DNA of 64,000 nucleotides from Vitreimonas sp. (GTDB lineage: Bacteria; Patescibacteriota; Microgenomatia; UBA1400; PJMF01). The position numbers and the translations under genes are program-made. A model generated the notes under the pieces. It did not search any database and was not told the origin of the DNA. It worked only from the letters and a program-made list of their open reading frames with translations. Location: contig DASPLQ010000012.1 of the NCBI GenBank assembly GCA_035627515.1, forward strand, positions 1,344,517 to 1,408,516, read 5' to 3'. Positions 27,499 to 37,866 of the stretch are shown here, in pieces (position 1 is the first letter of the stretch; each line of letters starts with the position of its first letter).

Positions 27499-28308
27499 AT
27501 GCCACACCTTCAGGATTTTAAAGCCTTACTCTTTGATGTCGATGGCACACTAACCAACACTCAAAATACGCTCACCACTCAAACTATTAGTGCCCTGGAG
27601 CGCCTGCAAGCCGAAGGCTACATCGTGGGAGTATGCACCGGTAAATCTTGGGTGGCACTCCAAGCTAAAATCTTACCTCATTTCCAAGATGACTCGCTCC
27701 ACGTTACTTCTGGTGGTTCCCAAATCTGTACCAAAGCTGGGGAGATTAAGTGGCAGAAAGTCATTGATCATGAAGTGGCGCAACAGATGGGTCAGGCGAT
27801 GTTAGCTAATCACGTAGAGTTTCTGGTCATCAAACACAACGCCGTTTACATTCCACCTTCACGGTTAGATCACTTTGTCCGTCATCCATTCAAAGTCCCG
27901 TTTAAACTGCTCGATGAAATTGAAGACTGGTCCACCAGCCAATTTGTCATTTATAACTACACCACAGAGGTCGAAGCGGTGATCAAACCGTTTTTGCCCG
28001 ACCTCAATTTAAAGCTGATGCCCAATCATCCTTCGGGAGGCACGTTAGTAGACGTCACACCCGTCGGTGTCAATAAAGCTCTGGGCGTCCAAAAATGGTG
28101 TAAGCTCATGGATATGCACCCAGATGAGATTATTGGGTTTGGGGATAGTGAAAATGATCTTGAATTCTTCACCCAGGTCGGTTACGCTGTGGCCATGGGG
28201 AACGCCAAACCCAGTATTAAAGAGATTGCCAATCGCGTTATTGGCCACACCGATGAAAATGGTCTTGCTCGTTATTTAACAACCGTGCTTGAAGGAGCAC
28301 CTTTATGA
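27499..28308 (+). CDS. HAD-IIB (Cof-type) sugar-phosphate phosphatase
   Basis: LLFDVDGTL motif I. GDSENDLEF motif III. Confidence 0.7.
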   Translation: MPHLQDFKALLFDVDGTLTNTQNTLTTQTISALERLQAEGYIVGVCTGKSWVALQAKILPHFQDDSLHVTSGGSQICTKAGEIKWQKVIDHEVAQQMGQAMLANHVEFLVIKHNAVYIPPSRLDHFVRHPFKVPFKLLDEIEDWSTSQFVIYNYTTEVEAVIKPFLPDLNLKLMPNHPSGGTLVDVTPVGVNKALGVQKWCKLMDMHPDEIIGFGDSENDLEFFTQVGYAVAMGNAKPSIKEIANRVIGHTDENGLARYLTTVLEGAPL

Positions 28309-29387
28309 CAACTTCACTCCCTTTACTAGATAATCGCGAAGAAATCGCCAAATTAGACGTTAGTAATGCTTTGGGCTCAATCGAACAGCTGGGGAGCCAA
28401 GTACAACAGATTTGGGAAGAAGCCGCTAAGCTACAGGTAGATCCTTCATACGCTGAGATTACTAGTGTGGTGGTAGCAGGTATGGGTGGCTCCGCTTTAG
28501 GGACACATGTCATCCAAACTGTTTTCAAAGAAGAATTAAAAGTGCCCGTTTTAATTGCTCCTGATTACAGTGTGCCAAATTTTGTAAATGAAAAAACCTT
28601 AGTCATCGCCTCCAGCTATTCCGGTACTACTGAAGAAACGTTAGCAGCAGTAGTCGACGCCCAACAAAAAGGCGCCAAAATTGCCGGCATTACCTCTGGC
28701 GGAAAATTAGCTGAGTTTTTGAAAGCCAATAACTACCCAGCCTTAGTTTTTGATCCTGTTTACAATCCCTGTAAATCTCCTCGGATGGCTTTAGGCTACT
28801 CAGTCTTTGGCCAAATTGCTCTGTTTGCGAAAGTGGGCTTATTAAATGTCACTGAAGCAGAGTATCAAGGTGTCATGAACGCCATTTCGCAAGCTCATTT
28901 AGAGTTTAGCGCCAACGTGGACCAAAATAGCAATCAAGCTAAGTTGCTTGCTTTTGAACTTCATGATCGAGTGCCAGTGGTTACCATCAGTGAACATCTG
29001 GAAGGTGTAGCTCACGTTTTTGCTAACCAGCTCAATGAAAATTCTAAAACCTTTGCTGAGTACCGTGTGGTGCCTGAACTCAATCATCACCTCATGGAAG
29101 GTTTGCAGTTTCCTAAAAACAATGAACATAATTTATTATTCGTGACTGCTCACTCAGATCTATATGGGACCAGCAATCAACGACGAATGGAGCTCACCGA
29201 ACAAGTTTTAGAACAGAACCACATCGAATATCGAACGTATCAAGCTAAAGCTGCCACCAAACTAGAACAAGCCTTTGAGTTTCTGGTCTTTGGCTCGTAT
29301 ACCAGTTTCTATCTAGCGCTCTTAAACAATCAGAATCCTACTCCCAATCCTTGGGTTGATTGGTTCAAGGCTGAATTAAAAAAGTAA
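28305..29387 (+). CDS. Bifunctional phosphoglucose/phosphomannose isomerase (archaeal-type SIS PGI/PMI)
   Basis: SSYSGTTEETL SIS motif. ~360-aa size typical of the bifunctional PGI/PMI family. Confidence 0.7.
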   Translation: MTTSLPLLDNREEIAKLDVSNALGSIEQLGSQVQQIWEEAAKLQVDPSYAEITSVVVAGMGGSALGTHVIQTVFKEELKVPVLIAPDYSVPNFVNEKTLVIASSYSGTTEETLAAVVDAQQKGAKIAGITSGGKLAEFLKANNYPALVFDPVYNPCKSPRMALGYSVFGQIALFAKVGLLNVTEAEYQGVMNAISQAHLEFSANVDQNSNQAKLLAFELHDRVPVVTISEHLEGVAHVFANQLNENSKTFAEYRVVPELNHHLMEGLQFPKNNEHNLLFVTAHSDLYGTSNQRRMELTEQVLEQNHIEYRTYQAKAATKLEQAFEFLVFGSYTSFYLALLNNQNPTPNPWVDWFKAELKK

Positions 29388-29412
29388 TAACTTAATCACG
29401 GCAAAGGTCTTC

Positions 29413-30588
29413 ATGCACGGTGCGTATTACGTCGTTCCATTGTTAATTAATCAACCAACCTGGGGTGGTACTTACATTGCTGATTTTAAAACCGTCACCG
29501 AACCCAGTGTTGCCGATAAAAAAATTGGCCAATCCTTCGAGCTGTTTGATGGCTCGTGGCTGGCCCCGGGGATGACGGACCAGCTGCCATTTGCCTTCGC
29601 CGAAGCGACTGATTTAGATCATCCAGCTTTCTTTAATACTCCCGATGCGACTCAATTACTGAAGATCCAAACCTTAATTGATACTGATCCCACTGCAGTC
29701 CTGGGATCACGATCTGTCAGTAAGTTTGGGGCCGGGATGAAAACGTTAATTAAATTTACCCAGGCTCAAAATAACTCGTATCAAGTCCACGTGGAACCTG
29801 GCAAAACCGTGGGACACTGGCAAGCCAAACCTGAATCGTGGTATTACTTTGAGGATGGTTACGTAACTTTAGGCCTCAAGCCAGGGGTAAACGTCACGGA
29901 GTATCAGCAGCGCAGTCATGAAATTGATGCCTATGCCCGCCAGTTAAGCGAACAAATCAAAGCTGATGCCTTGAGCGTCGCCGACGCACGGCAACAATTA
30001 AAAGCGTTCATCGACCAAGATCATCCCCGCCGGTTTGTTAATTTTGTGTCAATCAAAAAAGATCAAATTGTCGATTTGAGTGCCTGTGGGATACATCACT
30101 CGTGGGAAATTCATCCTGACTTACCGCTCGGGAACATCGTTTATGAAGTTCAAGTGGACGTCAAAGATGAAAACTGCACGCTACGTTCCTTTGATCAAGG
30201 CAATATTAAAGATAATGGCGCTGTCAGGCCGCTCAGTATCGATGAGTACTTCCAGGCTTTGAACACCAGCCCCGAACACAACCAACCCGAAAAATACTTT
30301 ACCACCGCCCAAGCTCGCACTGAGGGCACAGCGCGCATCACACGCCTGTTTGACAGCGAGTATTACAAAACTGATTTAGTGGAGTTCTCTGGAGCTTACA
30401 CCGGGACAGCCACCACCTTGCAAGACACTTTTCATCATGTCTTTGTGAAGAGTGGTGCCATCACGATCACTGCTCAAGGTGAAAACTACCCCGTAGCGAA
30501 AGGTTGGTCAGTGTTTATTCCCGCGGCAACAGGCCAGTACCAACTGACAGCCACTGAACCAAGTCTGGTGCTAACCACGAGCGTCTAA
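29413..30588 (+). CDS. Mannose-6-phosphate isomerase type I-like (cupin)
   Basis: N-terminal PTWGG motif, QVHVEPG, and C-terminal cupin strand GWSVFIPAATGQY resemble ManA class I. Confidence 0.5.
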   Translation: MHGAYYVVPLLINQPTWGGTYIADFKTVTEPSVADKKIGQSFELFDGSWLAPGMTDQLPFAFAEATDLDHPAFFNTPDATQLLKIQTLIDTDPTAVLGSRSVSKFGAGMKTLIKFTQAQNNSYQVHVEPGKTVGHWQAKPESWYYFEDGYVTLGLKPGVNVTEYQQRSHEIDAYARQLSEQIKADALSVADARQQLKAFIDQDHPRRFVNFVSIKKDQIVDLSACGIHHSWEIHPDLPLGNIVYEVQVDVKDENCTLRSFDQGNIKDNGAVRPLSIDEYFQALNTSPEHNQPEKYFTTAQARTEGTARITRLFDSEYYKTDLVEFSGAYTGTATTLQDTFHHVFVKSGAITITAQGENYPVAKGWSVFIPAATGQYQLTATEPSLVLTTSV

Positions 30589-30651
30589 GTAGCTGCCATA
30601 AATATCTTTCACACCTTTTCACCCTCTTGGCATTTAGAGTAGGATAAAAGA

Positions 30652-31791
30652 GTGTCAATTCCTGCCCTGATTTATCTAGCCGATTACTCAACCTATCCGA
30701 GTGGTACGATTGGTAGAGCGGCCAAGCAGCTAGGGGAAATTGTAGGGAGTGATTTCCAGCTCCCACCCAGTTTTTTAATTCCGAGTAGTACTTTATTTCA
30801 AATTCAGAAGGGCCAGTTTCCCAAGCCAATTGCCCTAGAAATTCTCAAGGCCTACCATGAGTACCTCCACCACGGTTTCGTACAGATTCGCCCTAGTTAT
30901 ATCGTCAAAGCTGAAACCGCGGCTTTCGAACAAAACATTCACGGCGATACTAATTTATTAGAATCAATTGTGGAGTGTGCTAAGTTTAGTGGCTTGACTC
31001 CGCTCATCATTGAGTACCAACCTCAGGCTCAGGTCGCAGGCAAAATCTATACCTGTCATCCGCACACCCATAGTAAAGCCACCCTGATCGTCGAAGCTGC
31101 CTGGGGCGTGTACAGTGATGAACAACCAGCTGATGTCTTTGAGATCGATGTCAGAACGTGGCATATCACGGGCCGGATGATCGCTACTAAATCTACGCAC
31201 TTAACCCGTCAGCTCAATGACATAACTCCTAAAACGGTTGCTCAATGTGATCAATCTTTACCTTGCTTAGCAGACAAAGACATCATCACCATTGCCAAAG
31301 GTGCTTATCACCTCAAACAACGCTATCCACACCACTTAGTAGTAGAGTTTAGTCAAGAAAAAACTCAGTTCTTTATTACCGACTTCCAAGAGCTGCAGTT
31401 ACAAGAAAAAATCCCCACCCATCCTTTACCACTCCCACCAGCCACCACTAAACAACCTACGGTATATCGACCAAAAATTGTGGGCAAGACCTTACAAATG
31501 GGCAAAGTTACTGGCCTTTGTCGGGTGGTGACTAGTAAGGCTGATCGCCAAGCACTCCAAACTGGTGAAATTGTAGTCGTGGAACGAGGCACCTATCACT
31601 TACTCCCCACACTGGCAAAAGCCTCAGCCATTATTAGTGAAAAACGCATCACTTCACCCACGTTGCTCAAAGCTATCAAAGCGTATGGCGTACCCACATT
31701 ATCACCAGCCCCCAAAGCCACACAGGTTTTACACACCCACCAACGCGTCTTACTTCACACCATTACACCAGATCATGGTATAGTGGTATAG
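30652..31791 (+). CDS. PEP-utilising-enzyme-like protein (PEP synthase/PPDK N-terminal nucleotide-binding domain plus mobile domain lacking the catalytic His)
   Basis: GRAAKQLGEIVGSDFQLPPSFLI resembles GGKGANLGEM...VPPGF. The C-terminal mobile-domain-like segment has ITSPTLL where the TSHAAI phospho-His motif is expected. Confidence 0.45.
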   Translation: MSIPALIYLADYSTYPSGTIGRAAKQLGEIVGSDFQLPPSFLIPSSTLFQIQKGQFPKPIALEILKAYHEYLHHGFVQIRPSYIVKAETAAFEQNIHGDTNLLESIVECAKFSGLTPLIIEYQPQAQVAGKIYTCHPHTHSKATLIVEAAWGVYSDEQPADVFEIDVRTWHITGRMIATKSTHLTRQLNDITPKTVAQCDQSLPCLADKDIITIAKGAYHLKQRYPHHLVVEFSQEKTQFFITDFQELQLQEKIPTHPLPLPPATTKQPTVYRPKIVGKTLQMGKVTGLCRVVTSKADRQALQTGEIVVVERGTYHLLPTLAKASAIISEKRITSPTLLKAIKAYGVPTLSPAPKATQVLHTHQRVLLHTITPDHGIVV

Positions 31792-31793
31792 CT

Positions 31794-33071
31794 ATGGCAA
31801 GTATCCAAGGTTTATATGGCCGTGAAATTCTTGATTCCCGAGGTTTGCCCACGGTTGAGTGTACACTTTGGCTCGATACTGGCGCCGTCGTTGTCACCAG
31901 CGTACCCTCCGGAACTTCCAAAGGTAAAAATGAAGCTCTTGAATTACGGGATAATGACTCCAACTGGATGTGGGGCCATGGCGTCACTCAAGCTGTCAAT
32001 AATTTAAATACTGTCATTGCTCCTGCCTTGATCGGCAAAGATCCCACTCAACAAGAAGAAATTGATCAACTCTTAATCAGCTTGGATGGGACTCCCAACA
32101 AAAGCAAGCTCGGTGCCAACAGTTTATTAGCCGCTTCCCAAGCCGTACTCAAAGCTGCTGCGGCCAGCGTCAATCAACCGTTATATTACTATATTCAACA
32201 AAAGTATCAGTTAGCGGCTACCCTTGATATGCCGAGCTGTATTTACTGTTTAATTAATGGCGGTGAACACGGCGCTGACAACCTTGACATTCAAGAGTTC
32301 CACATCATTCCTGCTAGTCACACTGATTATCCTACGTCACTCAACATGGCGGTGTTGTTATTTCATAACTTAGAAGAGGTTTTGATCGCCAAAGGGGCCA
32401 TTCACTCAGTGGGTCTACAAGGCGGATTTGCCCCTAATTTATACAATAACACTGACGCTTTTGAAATTTTAATTGAAACCATCAAAACTTCTCCCTATAC
32501 CTTTGCCCAAGATTTATTTTTTGGCGTCGATATCGCCGCATCTGGATTGTTTCAAGCAGGAAAATACCACCTCAAAGACAAAACTCAAGCCTACAACACT
32601 CAAGAATTAATTGAGTACTACAAATCGATGCGCAATTTATATCGCGTGTTTTATATCGAGGATCCCTTTGAGGATAATGACGAAGCTGGGTGGGAAGCCT
32701 TGACTAGTGAAATGGGCGAAACCACTTTGATTGTTGGTGATGACTTACTCGTTACGAATAAGGCCAAAACCCAGCATGCAATCGATAAAAAGCTATGTAA
32801 TGCTATTTTAATCAAACCCAACCAGGTAGGAACGATCACCGAAACTATTGATGTCACCAAGCTCGCTCGTGAAGCTGGTTGGCAAATCGTGATCTCTCAC
32901 CGGAGTGGTGAGACAGGCGACGACTTCATTGCTGATTTTGCGGTGGGAGTGGGTGCGGAATACGTCAAGTTTGGTCCGGCTAATCGTGGTGAACGCGTAG
33001 CTAAGTACAATCGATTATTACAAATCAACGCTGAGCTCGCCCAAATGAACCAGCCATCTGCCAATGTCTGA
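31794..33071 (+). CDS. eno: Enolase
   Basis: N-terminus ILDSRG. SHRSGETED-like motif (SHRSGETGDDFIADFAV). Confidence 0.9.
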   Translation: MASIQGLYGREILDSRGLPTVECTLWLDTGAVVVTSVPSGTSKGKNEALELRDNDSNWMWGHGVTQAVNNLNTVIAPALIGKDPTQQEEIDQLLISLDGTPNKSKLGANSLLAASQAVLKAAAASVNQPLYYYIQQKYQLAATLDMPSCIYCLINGGEHGADNLDIQEFHIIPASHTDYPTSLNMAVLLFHNLEEVLIAKGAIHSVGLQGGFAPNLYNNTDAFEILIETIKTSPYTFAQDLFFGVDIAASGLFQAGKYHLKDKTQAYNTQELIEYYKSMRNLYRVFYIEDPFEDNDEAGWEALTSEMGETTLIVGDDLLVTNKAKTQHAIDKKLCNAILIKPNQVGTITETIDVTKLAREAGWQIVISHRSGETGDDFIADFAVGVGAEYVKFGPANRGERVAKYNRLLQINAELAQMNQPSANV

Positions 33072-34761
33072 TCAGACCTTTACCCCTCAGCCACAACTTT
33101 CTGGTGCACCCTTCACCGACACTCATCCTCGTCAGCAGTACCGCGGTCAAAAACCAATGGTGTTGTTAGTGCTCGATGGGTGGGGGATTGGTCCTAATAA
33201 TGCCGGTAATGCCATCGCTCGAGCCCACACTCCTAACATGGATAAGTTTTGGTTGACGTTTCCCCATACACAGTTAGCAGCTAGTGGTGAAGCCGTGGGA
33301 TTACCGCGCAGCGAAGATGGCAATACCGAGACCGGCCATTTAAATATCGGCGCTGGGAGTATTGTGTATCAGGATTTGCCGCGAATTAATATGTCGATTG
33401 CTGACGGCACGTTCAACATCAACCCCGCCTTTCAAAATACGTTCAACCACGTCAAAGCCCATAACTCCACGTTACACTTGATGGGTTTAATTGGTGCGGG
33501 GGGCGTCCACTCTAACATCGAACATTTATATGCTTTATTAAACTTATGCAAAGCCCAAAGTATTCCTCGTGTTTTTATTCATGGTTTTACAGATGGGCGC
33601 GACTCGCCACCAACGTCCGGCATTACATATGTGCAACAAATTATGGATTTATGCCATAAGTTGGGAGTAGGGGAGCTGGCGAGTCTCACAGGTCGTTACT
33701 ATGCGATGGATCGTGACAAGCGGTGGGAACGCGTGGAAAAAGCGTATAACATGTTGACCATGGGAACCGGCTCATGCACTCAAGATCCCATTGCGGCAAT
33801 GCAAGCTCAGTACGCTCAAAATATTACTGACGAATTTATCGAACCGATTACTATTTGCAACGCCGATGGCACCCCTCGGGTCGTCAATGATAATGATGCC
33901 ATCATCTTTTTTAATTACCGGATTGACCGGCCACGCGAGCTGACCAAAGCCTTTGTACTGCCCAACTTTGAGTCAGGTATTACCGATGAGGGCTTCGATC
34001 CGTACTCTATTAAGTATGAAAAAACGCACTTAAAACAAGCCGTGGGTGGTTCTACGTTTCAACGCCAAAAATTAGTTCACAATTTGTACTTCACCACGAT
34101 GACTCGCTACGAAGAAGGCCTACCCGTAGACGTAGCCTTTCCGCCTCAATTTATTAAAAATCCTATTTGTAAAGTGTTTGCTGATCATGGTTTGAAACAA
34201 CTGCGGATGGCTGAAACCGAAAAAGAGCGCTTTGTGACGTACTACATGAATGGGCAACAAGAAACTATTTATCCCGGCGAAGACCGAGTTATCATTCCTT
34301 CTAAGGGCGCTAAATCATATGATCAGGTGCCTGATATGAGCGCTCGCGAGCTGGGTGCTGAAATGATTAAACGCATTCAAGGTGGAGACTATGACGTGAT
34401 TGTTGCCAACTTCGCCAATGCCGACATGGTGGCACACACCGGCAACTTAGAGGCCACTATTCAAGCCTGCCAAACATTAGATGAAGTCGTGGGTCAAATC
34501 GTCAAAGAAGTCTTTGCGCGTGACGGCGTGGTTTTAATTACTGCTGACCATGGCAATGCCGAAGAACTGATCAATAACACCACCGGCGAAGTCGATACCG
34601 AGCACTCCATTTATCCCGTACCTTTTATTATCATCGGGAAACAATTCATGGGCAAATCCACGATGCTCCCCACCGGCATCCTTGCCGACGTCGCCCCCAC
34701 CATGCTTAATATCATGGGCATTCCTAAACCTGAGACGATGACGGGCAGAGCGTTGGTGTAA
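33064..34761 (+). CDS. gpmI: 2,3-bisphosphoglycerate-independent phosphoglycerate mutase
   Basis: LVLDGWG N-terminal motif. Metal-binding blocks (ITADHGN; DMVAHTG). ~565 aa. Confidence 0.9.
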   Translation: MSDQTFTPQPQLSGAPFTDTHPRQQYRGQKPMVLLVLDGWGIGPNNAGNAIARAHTPNMDKFWLTFPHTQLAASGEAVGLPRSEDGNTETGHLNIGAGSIVYQDLPRINMSIADGTFNINPAFQNTFNHVKAHNSTLHLMGLIGAGGVHSNIEHLYALLNLCKAQSIPRVFIHGFTDGRDSPPTSGITYVQQIMDLCHKLGVGELASLTGRYYAMDRDKRWERVEKAYNMLTMGTGSCTQDPIAAMQAQYAQNITDEFIEPITICNADGTPRVVNDNDAIIFFNYRIDRPRELTKAFVLPNFESGITDEGFDPYSIKYEKTHLKQAVGGSTFQRQKLVHNLYFTTMTRYEEGLPVDVAFPPQFIKNPICKVFADHGLKQLRMAETEKERFVTYYMNGQQETIYPGEDRVIIPSKGAKSYDQVPDMSARELGAEMIKRIQGGDYDVIVANFANADMVAHTGNLEATIQACQTLDEVVGQIVKEVFARDGVVLITADHGNAEELINNTTGEVDTEHSIYPVPFIIIGKQFMGKSTMLPTGILADVAPTMLNIMGIPKPETMTGRALV

Positions 34762-34796
34762 GTAAATAGTACAATATAGAAATAAAGAAACCTTCT

Positions 34797-35882
34797 ATGG
34801 AAAGAACTGCTCCTTTACCTTTTCCCGAACTGGAAGCTAAACAATTGTCGTTGCACGAAAAAGTCTTACTCAAAGCCATTGCTGAAGGTTATCAGACTGG
34901 AGCTTTCGCCGGTGCTTTTGATAATAAATCTATTAGTTATAAGCTCAACTCAGCAGGAAGCAGGGTGCACGATTCTGACATCAGTGGGGTTAATATTGAA
35001 CAACTGGTTAAAGCCTTCAAAAAAGATCCTAAAGTGGCAGCGGCTATTTGTCGCAACAATCTTTTGGCAATCATGAGAGATCCTCAAGAAAAGAATCTTG
35101 AAGAAAAACGAGGCCGATTGAGTCGTTATTACGATGCGTATGTTTCATTAACCGTCAAGCTCGATAAAGCTGCTTTTCCTCCCCAATCACCATTATCGGA
35201 GGCACAAAGTGGTGTACCCACTTATATTCCGGATGGCTTGAGTGACATGGGCTCTGATAAACAAGTTAATCCTGCACTGCGTACTAGAGAAAAAATTAGA
35301 GTTAATAAAAAAGAAGTTTTAACTGAATCCAAAGCTTTCTTCTTGGAATTGCTGGAAGAACTAGGTCTCAATCCTGAACTTCAGGCCGATGGTGATCCGG
35401 CTAAGCTTGAAAAACTTAAGATTCAAATAGTTAAAAAAATTGCCAACTATCTTTACAAACGGGTTAAATACAATCATGCCCAAACAATACCGGCTGCAGC
35501 TCAAGTCCGATCGGTAGGGATTGTGGAGTTCTTCGATAGTGGCGTTTGTCGCCATATCGCCATGCTTGCTCAAATCTTATACCAGTTTATGGGAATTACT
35601 TCTCGGGTCTTTAAAAATGACATGAATGATGAACCACATGTCTCCAACTTTTTGCGGCTTAATGGTGAGTGGAATATTATTGATGTCACTAATCCTATTT
35701 ATAAAAATCCTGATGATGATACCTTTATTTTTGGTGGCATGAAAATTCAAAATCCGGATTCTGTACCTAATGGTCACGAATGGGAATTTACTTTTATTAA
35801 TAAAGAACAACAAGAATTTAAACGTCGCTACCGCTTACGTCAAAATATGTATTATCGAATTTTAGATAACAGCGTTACCTAA
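34797..35882 (+). CDS. Transglutaminase-like cysteine-protease-fold protein (AT-rich gene)
   Basis: Cys-His-Asp core: GVCRHIAML ... HVSNFLRLNGEWNIIDVTN. Confidence 0.45.
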   Translation: MERTAPLPFPELEAKQLSLHEKVLLKAIAEGYQTGAFAGAFDNKSISYKLNSAGSRVHDSDISGVNIEQLVKAFKKDPKVAAAICRNNLLAIMRDPQEKNLEEKRGRLSRYYDAYVSLTVKLDKAAFPPQSPLSEAQSGVPTYIPDGLSDMGSDKQVNPALRTREKIRVNKKEVLTESKAFFLELLEELGLNPELQADGDPAKLEKLKIQIVKKIANYLYKRVKYNHAQTIPAAAQVRSVGIVEFFDSGVCRHIAMLAQILYQFMGITSRVFKNDMNDEPHVSNFLRLNGEWNIIDVTNPIYKNPDDDTFIFGGMKIQNPDSVPNGHEWEFTFINKEQQEFKRRYRLRQNMYYRILDNSVT

Positions 35883-35915
35883 ATCCTCTCTTTATTCTAC
35901 CTTCAAGGATGACCT

Positions 35916-37120
35916 TTATTCTTTTTTCGGGGTCTTAAACACCAAACTCATCACTGGTAACAATCCCAACACAAATAATGCCCCGGGCAATGTGTTATCT
36001 ACCAGTACGCCAATCAAGGGGTTAAAAAAGACTAGCGCCAATCGGCGCAACATCGAGATTGAAGACAATACTGTAGCTCGTTGGTGTGACTCGATGTAAG
36101 CGTTCATTTCTGTGCCGATGTACGTGGCGCGTGTTAAACCAAAGCCGCCAGCCAAAATAATCATCAAAGCCACCGTCAGCAATGAGGGGTAAAGGGCCAC
36201 ACTTAAAAACCCCACCATTACCAACAACGCTGATACCTTTTCATATGACCACACTTTGAACAGCTTTGTCAGTCGCTCAAACTGAGAGGCTACAGCAATT
36301 TGTGCCAGCACCAAAGCTCCATGAATTAAACCAAAATAACCAATCGGGACGTCTAAACTAATTAGTAATGGTTGATACAACCAAATTACAAAATAAGCTG
36401 CGGTAGCAACGATAGTACTATTAATCGCCAAGGACCATAAGTGAGGATGAGTGTATAAATACCGTAATCCTTGCTTAACAATGTGTAGATACCGTTGTGA
36501 CTCTTTAGGGCCAGAATGGGGCTGCGGTTCTTTAAGCGTCAACCCAACCAAGCAGGCACCAAAAAGGGGAATCGCTGAAAAAGCATTGGCGCGTTAAGAG
36601 GGAAATATTCGGCAATTACACCACCTAAACCAGCAGACACAAATAAAGCCGCTAAATGAATTGATTCTGCACGACCAAAAAATTTTTTACTTTCTGCTTC
36701 ATGCCCATGTTCTTTAAGTGTGTCATACAGCCAGGCTTCATCAGCTCCAGAAATTAATGAGGCTGCCACTGCGAATAAAAATTCACCGATTAAGAATACT
36801 GTCAGACTGGGAATACTCCCATACATTAAGACCGCAGCTGTGGACATTAATGCTCCCAAGCCTAATGAATATTTGCGCCCCAGATAATCCGCTACCGCCC
36901 CAGTGGGAACTTCCAAAATGAAAAACCATAACATAAACCATGATTGTAAAAACTGAACTTGTGATTGTGATAACCCTCCCCAATTGAGAAAGAAGGGAAC
37001 TAAAACCGCAGAAAAGAAGTGAAAATCTTTAAGAAACATGAATACGTAATAACGATAGAGTTGAGTTCGCATCAGACTGTGTATTTTAACAGAAGAACGT
37101 GCTTGATTTTTAGTTCTCAT
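35916..37120 (-). pseudogene. MFS transporter split by a +1 frameshift near 36545-36595
   Basis: ORF 36539-37120 encodes TM1-6 and ORF 35916-36551 encodes TM7-12. They overlap in different frames. The downstream ORF has no ATG (track start is a TTG) and its frame stays open upstream to ~36594. The shift lies near a T5/C4 homopolymer (cccctttttgg). Confidence 0.6.
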
Positions 37121-37243
37121 CTTACAAAAACAAATTGATCTATTTAGACCATCTAAGATGTAATTGTCACTTCGGCCTTACTTCGGTTACCATGGTTTTA
37201 TTCGGGATTCATACGCCCCAATAAAAAGCGTAAAAGGAGTTTC

Positions 37244-37864
37244 ATGCCGATCACTTTGTACAAACGTCAACGACAGATTGTGGATTTCATTGCTCAATAT
37301 ATTCAGAAAAATGGCTATTCACCCACGCTTCAAGAAATTGCTCAAGCGATTGGGGTGTCATCTTTAGCGACGGTCCATGAACACTTGCAAGCTTTACAAC
37401 GCAAAAAAGTAATTCGTAAATTTGAAGGGGCAGTCCGCGGAATTGAGTTAATCGACCGCACGTTTTTAAAAATGACAGACAGCGTCGATTTGCCTTTATT
37501 AGGCTTCATCGCCGCTGGTTCACCCATCCAGCCCCATACCGATCCCAATGCTACCTTTAAAGTTTCACCTGAACTCGTCAGTAGTAAACACCGCACATAT
37601 GTCCTGCAAGTCAAAGGTAAATCAATGATCGAAGATCACATCGATGATGGTGACTTTGTCGTCATTGCGGAAACCCAAGCTGTTAATAACGGTGACATCG
37701 TCGTAGCATTACTCGACAATGGCCTCGCCACACTGAAACGCTTCTACAAAGAAGTCACTCGTGTCCGCCTCGAGCCCGCCAACTCTACCATGAGTCCTAT
37801 CTACGCTACTAATGTTCAAATCCAAGGTCGTGTCGTTGGCTTGATCCGTAAGTTTAGTTATTAA
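37244..37864 (+). CDS. lexA: LexA repressor
   Basis: N-terminal winged HTH (LTLYKRQRQIVDFI...GYSPTLQEIAQAIGV). S24 peptidase Ser (GKSM) and Lys. 206 aa. Confidence 0.85.
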   Translation: MPITLYKRQRQIVDFIAQYIQKNGYSPTLQEIAQAIGVSSLATVHEHLQALQRKKVIRKFEGAVRGIELIDRTFLKMTDSVDLPLLGFIAAGSPIQPHTDPNATFKVSPELVSSKHRTYVLQVKGKSMIEDHIDDGDFVVIAETQAVNNGDIVVALLDNGLATLKRFYKEVTRVRLEPANSTMSPIYATNVQIQGRVVGLIRKFSY

Positions 37865-37866
37865 AC

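Noticed and set aside
17289-37190. 13-mer gccttacttcggt shared between the sRNA candidate and the lexA 5' region
   Set aside because: Exact but short and identical rather than complementary. It is noted, but there is insufficient basis for an interaction or repeat-family claim.
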